DNA of 64,000 nucleotides from positions 28,806-92,805 of the forward strand of contig CBIHRK010000002.1 of the NCBI GenBank assembly GCA_966212465.1. The letters are read 5' to 3'. Within the stretch, counting starts at the first letter, position 1. Every line of letters begins with the position of its first letter. Below are positions 31,833 to 39,010 of the stretch, one piece after another. The stretch comes from an uncultured Lacisediminihabitans sp. GTDB lineage: Bacteria; Actinomycetota; Actinomycetes; Actinomycetales; Microbacteriaceae. The position numbers were made by a program, and so were the translations under genes. The notes beneath the pieces are model-generated. The model was given only the letters and a program-made list of their open reading frames with translations, was not told the DNA's origin and did no database searches.

Positions 31833-32414
31833 ATGACGACACGAGCGGCACGGGCGGCACGCGGCACCGTCGCAGCCACCGTCTCGCTCTTCGTCGCTCT
31901 GTGCTCGCACGCCGCCGCCGGCGGAGGGATGCCCGGCCTCGCCGGAATCGCCCTCTGCGGCGCCTTCGCGACCCTCGTCTGCATCGCACTGGCCGGACGC
32001 ACGCTCTCCCTCCCCCGCCTGGCCGCCTCCGTGGTGGCGAGCCAGTTCGCGTTCCACGCGCTGTTCAGCGAGTTCGCGCCCGCCGCGGGTGCACGGGTGG
32101 TCCCCGCGATGGCGGGGATGCACGGCCTGCCCGAGCCGCTGGCATCCGCCCACCCCGGCCACGAGACGATGCCCTCCTGGATGTGGTTCGCGCACGCGAT
32201 CGCCGCTGTGGTGACGGTCGCGGCGCTCGGCTTCGGCGAACGCGCATTCTGGGCGGTCGTGATGCGGGTGGCGCCCCGGGCGTTCCGGATGCTGCTGCCC
32301 GCGCCGCAGCCCTCCGCCCGACCCGCGACACCCTCCTTCGCTCCCCGCGTCATCCGCCGTCTCGCTCCCCTCTCGGCCATGCGCCACCGCGGGCCGCCGG
32401 TTCCGTCGTTCTAG
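31833..32414 (+). CDS. His/Met/Cys-rich membrane protein ending in RGPP; candidate arrest-type leader of the copper operon
   Basis: About 4 hydrophobic segments, LCSH, MAGMHG, AHPGH, FAHA; C-terminus ...MRHRGPPVPSF; TAGACT -10 at 31803. Confidence 0.75.
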   Translation: MTTRAARAARGTVAATVSLFVALCSHAAAGGGMPGLAGIALCGAFATLVCIALAGRTLSLPRLAASVVASQFAFHALFSEFAPAAGARVVPAMAGMHGLPEPLASAHPGHETMPSWMWFAHAIAAVVTVAALGFGERAFWAVVMRVAPRAFRMLLPAPQPSARPATPSFAPRVIRRLAPLSAMRHRGPPVPSF

Positions 32415-32484
32415 AGATCTCCCCCATTTTTTTCTCTCCGCGGGCGCGGAGCCGCTGGCGCGCGCCCACGAAACGAAGGACGAT

Positions 32485-33183
32485 ATGAACAACTCGATGA
32501 AAAAGGCTGCGATCGCGCTCGGCGCGGGTGCGCTGCTGGCCGTTGCCATCCCGCTCTCCGCGAGCGCTCACGTGACGGTGACCCCGTACACGGCGAAGCC
32601 GGGCGAGTTCGCCCTGGTCACCTTCAAGGTGCCCAACGAGTCGGGAACGGCCTCCACCACGAAGGTCGAGATCGACCTCCCGAGCGACACGGCGTTCCAG
32701 TACGTCAGCTACGTGCCGGTTCCCGGCTGGACGGGCGAACTGGTGACGACGACTCTCGACAAGCCCATCAAGGTGGAGGGCAACGAGCTCAAGGAGGGCG
32801 TCACCCGGGTGATCTTCACGGCGAATGAGGGCCAGGGAATCGCCGACGGGCAGCTCCAGCTCTTCCAGATCTCGGTAGGCCCGGTGCCGGATGTCGGCCG
32901 GCTCTACCTCCCCACCACTCAGACCTACAGCGATGGCAAGGTCGTGAAGTGGTCGGACCGGGGCGGTGACGCCGAGCACCCCGCGCCGGTGCTCTACGTC
33001 AACGACGCTCCCGTGGTGAGCCATGACGAGGATGCCGAGGTGACGGCTGCGTCGCAGGCCGAGAACGCGCCGGCGGCGACCACGGATGTCGTGGCCCGCA
33101 GCATCGGAATCGGCGGCCTGGTGGTCGGCGCCGTCGGCGTCGTGGTGGCGATCGCGGCTCTGCGGCGCCGGAGCGCGGCCTGA
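32485..33183 (+). CDS. ycnI: YcnI (DUF1775) copper-binding membrane protein
   Basis: Signal peptide ...ASA followed by N-terminal His (HVTV), FKVPNES, TQTYSDG..VKW, C-terminal TM anchor. Confidence 0.88.
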   Translation: MNNSMKKAAIALGAGALLAVAIPLSASAHVTVTPYTAKPGEFALVTFKVPNESGTASTTKVEIDLPSDTAFQYVSYVPVPGWTGELVTTTLDKPIKVEGNELKEGVTRVIFTANEGQGIADGQLQLFQISVGPVPDVGRLYLPTTQTYSDGKVVKWSDRGGDAEHPAPVLYVNDAPVVSHDEDAEVTAASQAENAPAATTDVVARSIGIGGLVVGAVGVVVAIAALRRRSAA

Positions 33184-33185
33184 CC

Positions 33186-33782
33186 ATGGGAATCCTGAAG
33201 CGTGCGGCCGCGGTGGTGGCGATCGCGGCGGCGGCGGTGCTCGCCACGGTCTCCCCGGCGAGTGCGCACAACTACCTCGTCTCGTCGACCCCGTCGTCGG
33301 GCGAGACGGTGACCGCGCTCCCCGCGCGCTTCTCGGTGACCACCAACGGGATCCTGCCGAACGTGAACGACGACGGTTCGGGGTTCGCGCTCCTGGTTCG
33401 GGACGCCGACGGCCGCTACTACGGCGACGGCTGCGTCACCGTGCAGGGCGCCGGCATCTCGATCCCCGCCGTGATCGGGAAGCCGGGCGCCTACACGATC
33501 ACCTGGCAGGTGATCTCGACGGACGGGCACATCGTCTCCGACACGTTCCCCTTCACGTGGGCCCCCTCGGGCGCGGCGAAGGAGAGCGCGGGGAGCACGC
33601 GGATCCCGGACTGCCACGGCAGGGTGCATCCGAACTCCTCGGGCGTCACCCAGGGCACCGGCTCGAGCGCCGTGTCGGACGACACGCTGGTCACCGTGCT
33701 CTGGATCGGCGGAGCCGTGCTCGCGGTCGGTGCCGCAGTGGTGGTCACGCTGCTGGTCATCGGCAGGCGCAAACGCGCATGA
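33186..33782 (+). CDS. copC: CopC-family copper-binding protein with C-terminal TM anchor
   Basis: ASA-HNYLVSSTP N-terminal His, WQVISTDGH motif. Confidence 0.9.
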   Translation: MGILKRAAAVVAIAAAAVLATVSPASAHNYLVSSTPSSGETVTALPARFSVTTNGILPNVNDDGSGFALLVRDADGRYYGDGCVTVQGAGISIPAVIGKPGAYTITWQVISTDGHIVSDTFPFTWAPSGAAKESAGSTRIPDCHGRVHPNSSGVTQGTGSSAVSDDTLVTVLWIGGAVLAVGAAVVVTLLVIGRRKRA

Positions 33783-33823
33783 GAAGAGGGGCCCGTCGCG
33801 TTCCCGCGGCGGGCCCCTCTTCT
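33782..33823. terminator. Bidirectional terminator hairpin between copC and clpP2
   Basis: AGAAGAGGGGCCCGTCGCG-ttcc-CGCGGCGGGCCCCTCTTCT, ~19-bp stem. Confidence 0.8.
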
Positions 33824-33839
33824 ATTCGACGGTCGGCGA

Positions 33840-34505
33840 CTACTTGGTGATCGCCGGGATGTTCTTGCGCGTGACCAGAACCTGGTCGATCAGGCCGTAC
33901 TCGAGAGCCTGCTCGCCGCTCAGGATGTTGTCGCGATCGATGTCGCGGTTCACCTGCTCCGGCGTGCGGTTCGAGTGGCGCGACAGCGTCTGCTCGAGCC
34001 AGGTGCGCATGCGGAGGATCTCCGCCGCCTGGATCTCGATGTCGGACGCCTGGCTCGACCCCTCCGAGCCGGCGGCCGGCTGGTGGATGAGGATGCGGGC
34101 GTTCGGCAGCGCGAGACGCTTGCCGGGCGTTCCCGCGGCCAGGATCACCGCGGCGGCCGAGGCAGCCTGGCCCAGAACGACGGTCTGGATCTGCGGGCGC
34201 ACGTACTGCATCGTGTCGTAGATCGCCGTCATCGCGGTGAACGAGCCACCGGGCGAGTTGATGTACATGACGATGTCGCGGTCCGGGTCCTGGCTCTCCA
34301 GAACGAGCAGCTGCGCCATCACGTCGTCCGCCGAGGCGTCGTCGATCTGCACGCCGAGGAAGATGATGCGATCCTCGAACAGCTTCGCGTACGGGTCCTG
34401 CCGCTTGTAGCCGTAGGCCGTGCGCTCCTCGAAGGTCGGAAGGATGTAGCGCGACTCGGCGGTCGGCCGGGCGAGACCCGATCCCAGGGTGAAGTTGGTC
34501 TCCAT
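33840..34505 (-). CDS. clpP2: ATP-dependent Clp protease proteolytic subunit (ClpP2)
   Basis: [36 protein letters not shown]. Confidence 0.96.
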   Translation of the reverse strand: METNFTLGSGLARPTAESRYILPTFEERTAYGYKRQDPYAKLFEDRIIFLGVQIDDASADDVMAQLLVLESQDPDRDIVMYINSPGGSFTAMTAIYDTMQYVRPQIQTVVLGQAASAAAVILAAGTPGKRLALPNARILIHQPAAGSEGSSQASDIEIQAAEILRMRTWLEQTLSRHSNRTPEQVNRDIDRDNILSGEQALEYGLIDQVLVTRKNIPAITK

Positions 34506-34507
34506 GG

Positions 34508-35128
34508 TCAGTCCTTCTTTCCGGTCGCGTCGAGGTTCGACACCGCGTCGTCTGTTCCGCCGCCGCCGACGACCTCGTCCGCGTGCTCGCGGAGGTGATC
34601 GACGAAGCCGTACTCGAGGGCCTCCTTGGCGGTGAACCAGTTGTCGCGGTCGTTGTCGATGAGCACCTGCTCGACCGTCTTGCCGGTCTGCTCGGCCGTG
34701 AGCTCGGCCATGCGCTTCTTCATGTCGAGGATGACGCCCGCCTGGGTCTGGATGTCGGCCGCCGTTCCGCCGAATCCGCCGGACGGCTGGTGCAGCAGCA
34801 CCCGCGCGTTCGGGGTGATGTACCGCTTGCCCTTCGTGCCCGACGAGAGCAGGAACTGCCCCATCGAGGCGGCGAGGCCGATGCCCACGGTGACGATGTC
34901 GTTCGGCACGAACTTCATCGTGTCGTAGATCGCCATTCCCGCGGTGATCGATCCACCGGGTGAGTTGATGTAGAGGAAGATGTCCTTCTTCGGGTCTTCC
35001 GCAGCCAGGAGAAGCATCTTGGCGCAGATCTCGTTGGCGTTGTCGTCCCGCACCTCCGAGCCAAGCCAGATGATGCGGTCCTTGAGGAGTTGGTCGAAGA
35101 TGCTCGAGACCAATGCCGGTTGGGCCAT
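34508..35128 (-). CDS. clpP1: ATP-dependent Clp protease proteolytic subunit (ClpP1)
   Basis: [34 protein letters not shown]. Confidence 0.96.
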   Translation of the reverse strand: MAQPALVSSIFDQLLKDRIIWLGSEVRDDNANEICAKMLLLAAEDPKKDIFLYINSPGGSITAGMAIYDTMKFVPNDIVTVGIGLAASMGQFLLSSGTKGKRYITPNARVLLHQPSGGFGGTAADIQTQAGVILDMKKRMAELTAEQTGKTVEQVLIDNDRDNWFTAKEALEYGFVDHLREHADEVVGGGGTDDAVSNLDATGKKD

Positions 35129-35143
35129 TGTGTGCGCTCCGTT

Positions 35144-36121
35144 TCAGTTATCGCTTGGTGACGAATCTATCGGAGCGGGGCCGCCCCCAAGTCGCTGTTC
35201 GCCGTGGGCAGAGCCACGGGGCCGATCGATGGAGGCGAGGGCGAATTCGCGCACCGTGACCGGGTGGATGGCCGCGCACGTGCTGAGCAGCGGCTCGGAG
35301 AGGGTCTCGGTGAGCGATACCGTCAGGGGCGATCCGTCGTGGTCGAGCGACACCCGGATGCCGGCCGGCCCCTTCTGCTCCATCGTCACCCTGAACGCGT
35401 CGATGCGGTCGTCGCCGGTCGACTCCGTGGCGAAGGCCACCGCGGCCTGCGCGGCGTTCGTGAGCGAGGTGCGACCGCGGAGGTAGCGCGGGAGGGTTCG
35501 CTCTGCCGTGTAGGCCTCGATCACGCGGTGGGATTCGGCAGCCGGCATCCGGCCGTAGAGCAGCGCGTGCGGGAACACGATCATGGTGGCCGCGAAGCGA
35601 TCGCCGCCGAGGTGCGAGCACTCCCAGGTGAGGGCGGGGTACGCCCGGGCGAGGGCGGCGACCACCGGGCGGCCCTTCACGGCGCAGCACTGATCGTGCC
35701 GGGCGTGCGTGCAGACGCAGATCACCGGATCGTCGCTGGCGACCCCGGTCGATCCGTCGAGCGGCACGTCGAGCAGCTCGGCGGGATCGTCGACGCTCCC
35801 CCAGCGCACGGACTCGACGCCGGGTCGTGCGTCCACGGCTGCCCAGCGCCACCGCCGCTGCGCTCGGCGCTCGTCGGCCCGGCGCCCGGTCCGGCGGATC
35901 GCGAGCGGGCGGATTCCGGCGCCCTCGATCCGCGCCACCAGCCGGCGCGCCAGCCCGGGGTCGAGCCGGGACTGGAAGAAGGCGTGCTCGCCCCAGGCCC
36001 CGTCGATCTCGACGAGGAACCAGCGGTCACCTCGCCCCGCCGTTCCTGCGAGCGGGTCGTCGCGCTCGAGCGAGCGGTCGCTGCACGGAGCCCAACCGGT
36101 CGACGGCAGGGCGACCGTCAT
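35144..36121 (-). CDS. Sucrase/ferredoxin-like [2Fe-2S] protein
   Basis: DDPLAGTA, WFLVEIDGAWG, VCTHARHDQCCA, WECSHLGGDRFA; ATG overlaps the JmjC stop (ATGA). Confidence 0.88.
   Translation of the reverse strand: MTVALPSTGWAPCSDRSLERDDPLAGTAGRGDRWFLVEIDGAWGEHAFFQSRLDPGLARRLVARIEGAGIRPLAIRRTGRRADERRAQRRWRWAAVDARPGVESVRWGSVDDPAELLDVPLDGSTGVASDDPVICVCTHARHDQCCAVKGRPVVAALARAYPALTWECSHLGGDRFAATMIVFPHALLYGRMPAAESHRVIEAYTAERTLPRYLRGRTSLTNAAQAAVAFATESTGDDRIDAFRVTMEQKGPAGIRVSLDHDGSPLTVSLTETLSEPLLSTCAAIHPVTVREFALASIDRPRGSAHGEQRLGGGPAPIDSSPSDN
35165..35214 (-). promoter_or_regulatory. Putative clpP1 promoter with ClgR-like site
   Basis: TAGATT -10 (35165-35170); GTTCGC-CGTGG-GCA at 35197-35210, one mismatch from the ClgR GTTCGC-N5-GCG motif. 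Confidence 0.55.
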
Positions 36122-37341
36122 CGGAGCACCAGCACGCCCTCGCGCAGCAGCCGGCGGGACACCACGAGCGACGATTCCGCATCCAGCCCGGGGAGCGCGC
36201 CAGCGGCGAACTCGTCGCCGAGGGCGAGCGCCCGGACCGCCTCCGCCGCCTCGACGGGCAGGCCGATCGTCGTGCCGCCCAGCACGATGCGAACCGTCTC
36301 GTCCACCTCCACCCGGTTGGCGAGAGCGTCCCGCCACGATACGAGTGCCTCGCCGTCGAGCTCCGCGAGCGACTCGACCGTCGCCAGGGGGAAGACCGGT
36401 TCCGCTCGCGTGGAGGTTGCGAGCATGGTGGCGAGTCCGCGGGTGACCGCCGACGCGTCAGCGGCGGCCACGGTGTGGGAGAGCCGGGCGGCGGTGTCTG
36501 CTACGAGGTCGGCGAGGGATGCGGCATCCGAGTAGTCCGTGCCGAGCGGAAGCGAGCCGCGCAGGGCCGGGTCTGCGGCGGCGAGGCCGATGAGGCGCTG
36601 CACGATGGCCCAGCGGGTGAGGGCGTTGACGCCGATCGTGAGGTGGATCGACGTGCCGCCGAGGGCGGTGGCCGAGTGGATCCAGCCTCGCGGCAGGTAG
36701 AGAACGTCGCCCGGGGAGAAGGTGGCGTCGATCGCCGGTGCGCCGGATGCCTTCGCCGCGACCTCCGCGGAGTGATCGCTCCACGGCTGGTCGCGCAGCG
36801 GGTCGGGGTGCACCGGCTCGTGGATGGTCCAGTGCTTCTGCCCGTGGACCTGGATGACGAAGACGTCGTGCACGTCGTAGTGCGGGTCGAAACCGCGCGA
36901 CGATGCAGGCGTGATGTAGGCGTTCACCTGGGCGGGGGCGGCGAGCTCGGCGCTCAGTGCCCGCGTGAAATCCGCGATCGGCTTCCAGGTGCGGTGCAGC
37001 CCCTGCAGCACGAGCGTCGCGCCCGCGACGAACTCGGCGAGCACCTTCGCGGAGTCGAGCTGATCGGCGACCTCGGCGCCGAAACCACCCGCGCTCGTGT
37101 ACCTCGACGGGTCGAGCAGGGAGCCCTCCATCGCCATGCGCACGAAGGGGGTGCGGATGCCTCGGGTGGCCACCAGCTCGTCGGCCGCGGCCAGCGAGAA
37201 CAGGTCGGAGAAGTCCCCGATCGACGGGGACAGAAGCGGCCTGGTGCCCCAGTACTCGCGCGCGAAGTCGTCGCCGGAGGTGCTGATGAGACGGGTGAGC
37301 GCGGGCCGGCGAACCGACCCGCGCCCCGATTCAGCGCTCAA
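36118..37341 (-). CDS. JmjC/Cupin_4 (ROX; YcfD/NO66-like) Fe(II)/2-oxoglutarate oxygenase
   Basis: VNAYITP, GFDPHYDVHDVF (HxD), GQKHW, YLPRGWIH (distal His), C-terminal winged-helix-like tail; TTG start overlaps the peptide stop (TTGA). Confidence 0.88.
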   Translation of the reverse strand: MSAESGRGSVRRPALTRLISTSGDDFAREYWGTRPLLSPSIGDFSDLFSLAAADELVATRGIRTPFVRMAMEGSLLDPSRYTSAGGFGAEVADQLDSAKVLAEFVAGATLVLQGLHRTWKPIADFTRALSAELAAPAQVNAYITPASSRGFDPHYDVHDVFVIQVHGQKHWTIHEPVHPDPLRDQPWSDHSAEVAAKASGAPAIDATFSPGDVLYLPRGWIHSATALGGTSIHLTIGVNALTRWAIVQRLIGLAAADPALRGSLPLGTDYSDAASLADLVADTAARLSHTVAAADASAVTRGLATMLATSTRAEPVFPLATVESLAELDGEALVSWRDALANRVEVDETVRIVLGGTTIGLPVEAAEAVRALALGDEFAAGALPGLDAESSLVVSRRLLREGVLVLR

Positions 37342-37583
37342 GCGGAACCGTCGGCCCCGCCGTCGTGACCGCCGGGGTTCGCGCCGCCGTCGGCCGTGCC
37401 CTCGCCGGCCGAGCCGTCGGCTCCGCCGTCGTGACCGCCCGGGTTCGCGCCGCCGTCGGCCGTGCCCTCGCCGGCCGAGCCGTCCGCTCCGCCGTCGTGA
37501 CCGTTCGGGTTGGCTCCGCCGTCGGCGGTGCCCTCCGCAGCGCCGCCGCTGGCGGTCGTGATGTCGTCGTCGTTGATGCTCAT
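37338..37583 (-). CDS. 81-aa Gly/Asp-rich peptide with three 22-aa repeats; candidate multicore precursor
   Basis: GGAGG SD; MSINDDDITTASGGAA + EGTADGGANPNGHDGGADGSAG + EGTADGGANPGGHDGGADGSAG + EGTADGGANPGGHDGGADGSA; TACTGT -10 at 37630-37635. Confidence 0.8.
   Translation of the reverse strand: MSINDDDITTASGGAAEGTADGGANPNGHDGGADGSAGEGTADGGANPGGHDGGADGSAGEGTADGGANPGGHDGGADGSA
37341..37535 (-). repeat. 66-bp tandem repeat x3 (coding)
   Basis: Differences between copies are mostly synonymous third-position changes, consistent with protein-level selection. Confidence 0.9.
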
Positions 37584-37661
37584 AGGGGACCTCCGAACGT
37601 TGGTGAACGCGGCTTCTGCCGCTCCCCTCACAGTACTTCGAAGCGGGCCGAAGGGAAGGGG

Positions 37662-38105
37662 TCAGTGCCAGTCGCTGATCTGAACGTCGCGTGGCGCGGG
37701 GTGGCCCGATCCGGTCTCCACCAGCTCTGTGAGACTGAGCAGGAAGCTGGCCCACTTGGTGCTGCAGTGGTACATGAACTCCACCGGCTCCGCCCAGCCG
37801 GCATGACGGAACAGCACGATGGTGTGGTCGCCGCTGCGCGCGATGCGGAACTCGACCGTGGTGCCGATCCACTCGGCCGGTCCGCCCACGACCTCCCAGC
37901 GCACCAGCTCGTCCGGCACGAGTTCGGTCACCTTCATCTCGATGTCGCCGGGGCCGAACCGGAACAGGATGACGCCGCCCACCTCCGCGGATCCGGTGGT
38001 GTGCTCCGTCCACCAGCCGCGCAGTCCGTCGATCGTCGCGATCGCCTCGTAGACGGCGCCGGGAGTGACGCCCCTCGCGCCGACCCTGTGCAGGATGTCC
38101 ACCAT
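37662..38105 (-). CDS. SRPBCC (AHSA1/START) domain protein
   Basis: VYEAIATIDGLRGWW, WIGTTVEF, FRHAGW, CSTKWASFLLSL. Confidence 0.88.
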   Translation of the reverse strand: MVDILHRVGARGVTPGAVYEAIATIDGLRGWWTEHTTGSAEVGGVILFRFGPGDIEMKVTELVPDELVRWEVVGGPAEWIGTTVEFRIARSGDHTIVLFRHAGWAEPVEFMYHCSTKWASFLLSLTELVETGSGHPAPRDVQISDWH

Positions 38106-38108
38106 GGT

Positions 38109-38450
38109 TCAGTCCTCCTCGTTCCTCTGCTTCTCGATCGCTTCCGCGATCCGCTTGATGCGCGCGAGCCGCGCGTCCCACGCCGTGCCCACGGCGGCCA
38201 GCTGGGCCACGGCGCGGGCGAACTGAGCGTCGTCGATGCCGTAGCGCACCTCACGCCCGGATGCCGCGGGGTGCACGAGCCCGGCTCGGTCGAGCACTCC
38301 GAGGTGCTTCGCCACCGCCTGTCGGGTCACGGGCAGATGCTCGCTGAGCGCGGTGGCGGTGGCCGGGCCGTTCGCGAGCAGGAGGTCGAGCATCCGTCGC
38401 CGAGTGGGATCGCCGAGTGCCGACCAGAGCACGTCGTCGATGGTGCTCAC
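38109..38450 (-). CDS. ArsR/SmtB family transcriptional regulator
   Basis: ALGDPTRRRMLDLL, VTRQAVAKHLGVLDRAGLV. Confidence 0.92.
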   Translation of the reverse strand: MSTIDDVLWSALGDPTRRRMLDLLLANGPATATALSEHLPVTRQAVAKHLGVLDRAGLVHPAASGREVRYGIDDAQFARAVAQLAAVGTAWDARLARIKRIAEAIEKQRNEED

Positions 38451-38908
38451 GCTGCGGCCAGCCGTGACACGTACGCGGCCAGGCGCGGGATGAAGTGGTC
38501 CCAGCCCGCCACGTGATCGTTGTAGGCGGCTTCGAGCACGGCGGCTTCCCAGCCGCGTTCGCGGAAGCCGGTCTCCGTCATGCGCACCCGGGTGCCCTCC
38601 CCCGCGGGCTCGAGTTCGAAGGTGACGAGGTAGGAGTTGCCGACGCCGGGCTCGACCCCCTCCTCGTAGGCCCAGCGGAACGAGAAGCGGCGCGGCGCAT
38701 CCACGTCGAGAACGGTGATCAGCTCGACCTTGTCGGTCTTCGGCGGGGCGTTGCGGAAGACGATGTGGCCCGAGGCGCCCGGCTCCGGCTCGAGCACGGC
38801 CTCATCCGGCCACCACTGGCTGAGATGTTCGGGGCGGCTGATCACCTCGAAGACGACCTGCGGTGAGGCGTCGACGTGGATCTCGCGCTCGATGCTTCCG
38901 TATTCCAT
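38447..38908 (-). CDS. SRPBCC (AHSA1/START) domain protein
   Basis: IEREIHVDASPQVVF, RFSFRW, VTFELEP, MTETGF, GWDHF. Confidence 0.88.
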   Translation of the reverse strand: MEYGSIEREIHVDASPQVVFEVISRPEHLSQWWPDEAVLEPEPGASGHIVFRNAPPKTDKVELITVLDVDAPRRFSFRWAYEEGVEPGVGNSYLVTFELEPAGEGTRVRMTETGFRERGWEAAVLEAAYNDHVAGWDHFIPRLAAYVSRLAAA

Positions 38909-38920
38909 GCTGGGCTCCCT

Positions 38921-38943
38921 ATCTGCAACTAATGGTTGCAGAT
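38921..38943. promoter_or_regulatory. Palindromic operator for the SRPBCC-ArsR-SRPBCC operon
   Basis: Perfect ATCTGCAAC-taatg-GTTGCAGAT covering the predicted TSS, just downstream of TAACCT -10 (38945-38950, minus strand). Confidence 0.75.
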
Positions 38944-38957
38944 TAGGTTAGCCCACG

Positions 38958-38994
38958 AAAAAGGGGATGCGCAACACTTGGTTGCGCATCCCCT
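38958..38994 (-). terminator. Intrinsic terminator of tig
   Basis: 14-bp perfect stem AGGGGATGCGCAAC/GTTGCGCATCCCCT followed by a T-run on the minus strand. Confidence 0.85.
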
Positions 38995-39010
38995 CGTTCG
39001 TGCGTATCAG

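Noticed and set aside
37341-37535. 66-bp periodic repeat as a possible CRISPR array
   Set aside because: No unique spacers, in-frame coding with synonymous variation, and no cas genes.
36118-38181. 687-aa ORF suggesting a JmjC protein with a long Arg-rich N-terminus
   Set aside because: The upstream part is the peptide and SRPBCC genes read out of frame; the JmjC start is most plausibly TTG 37341.
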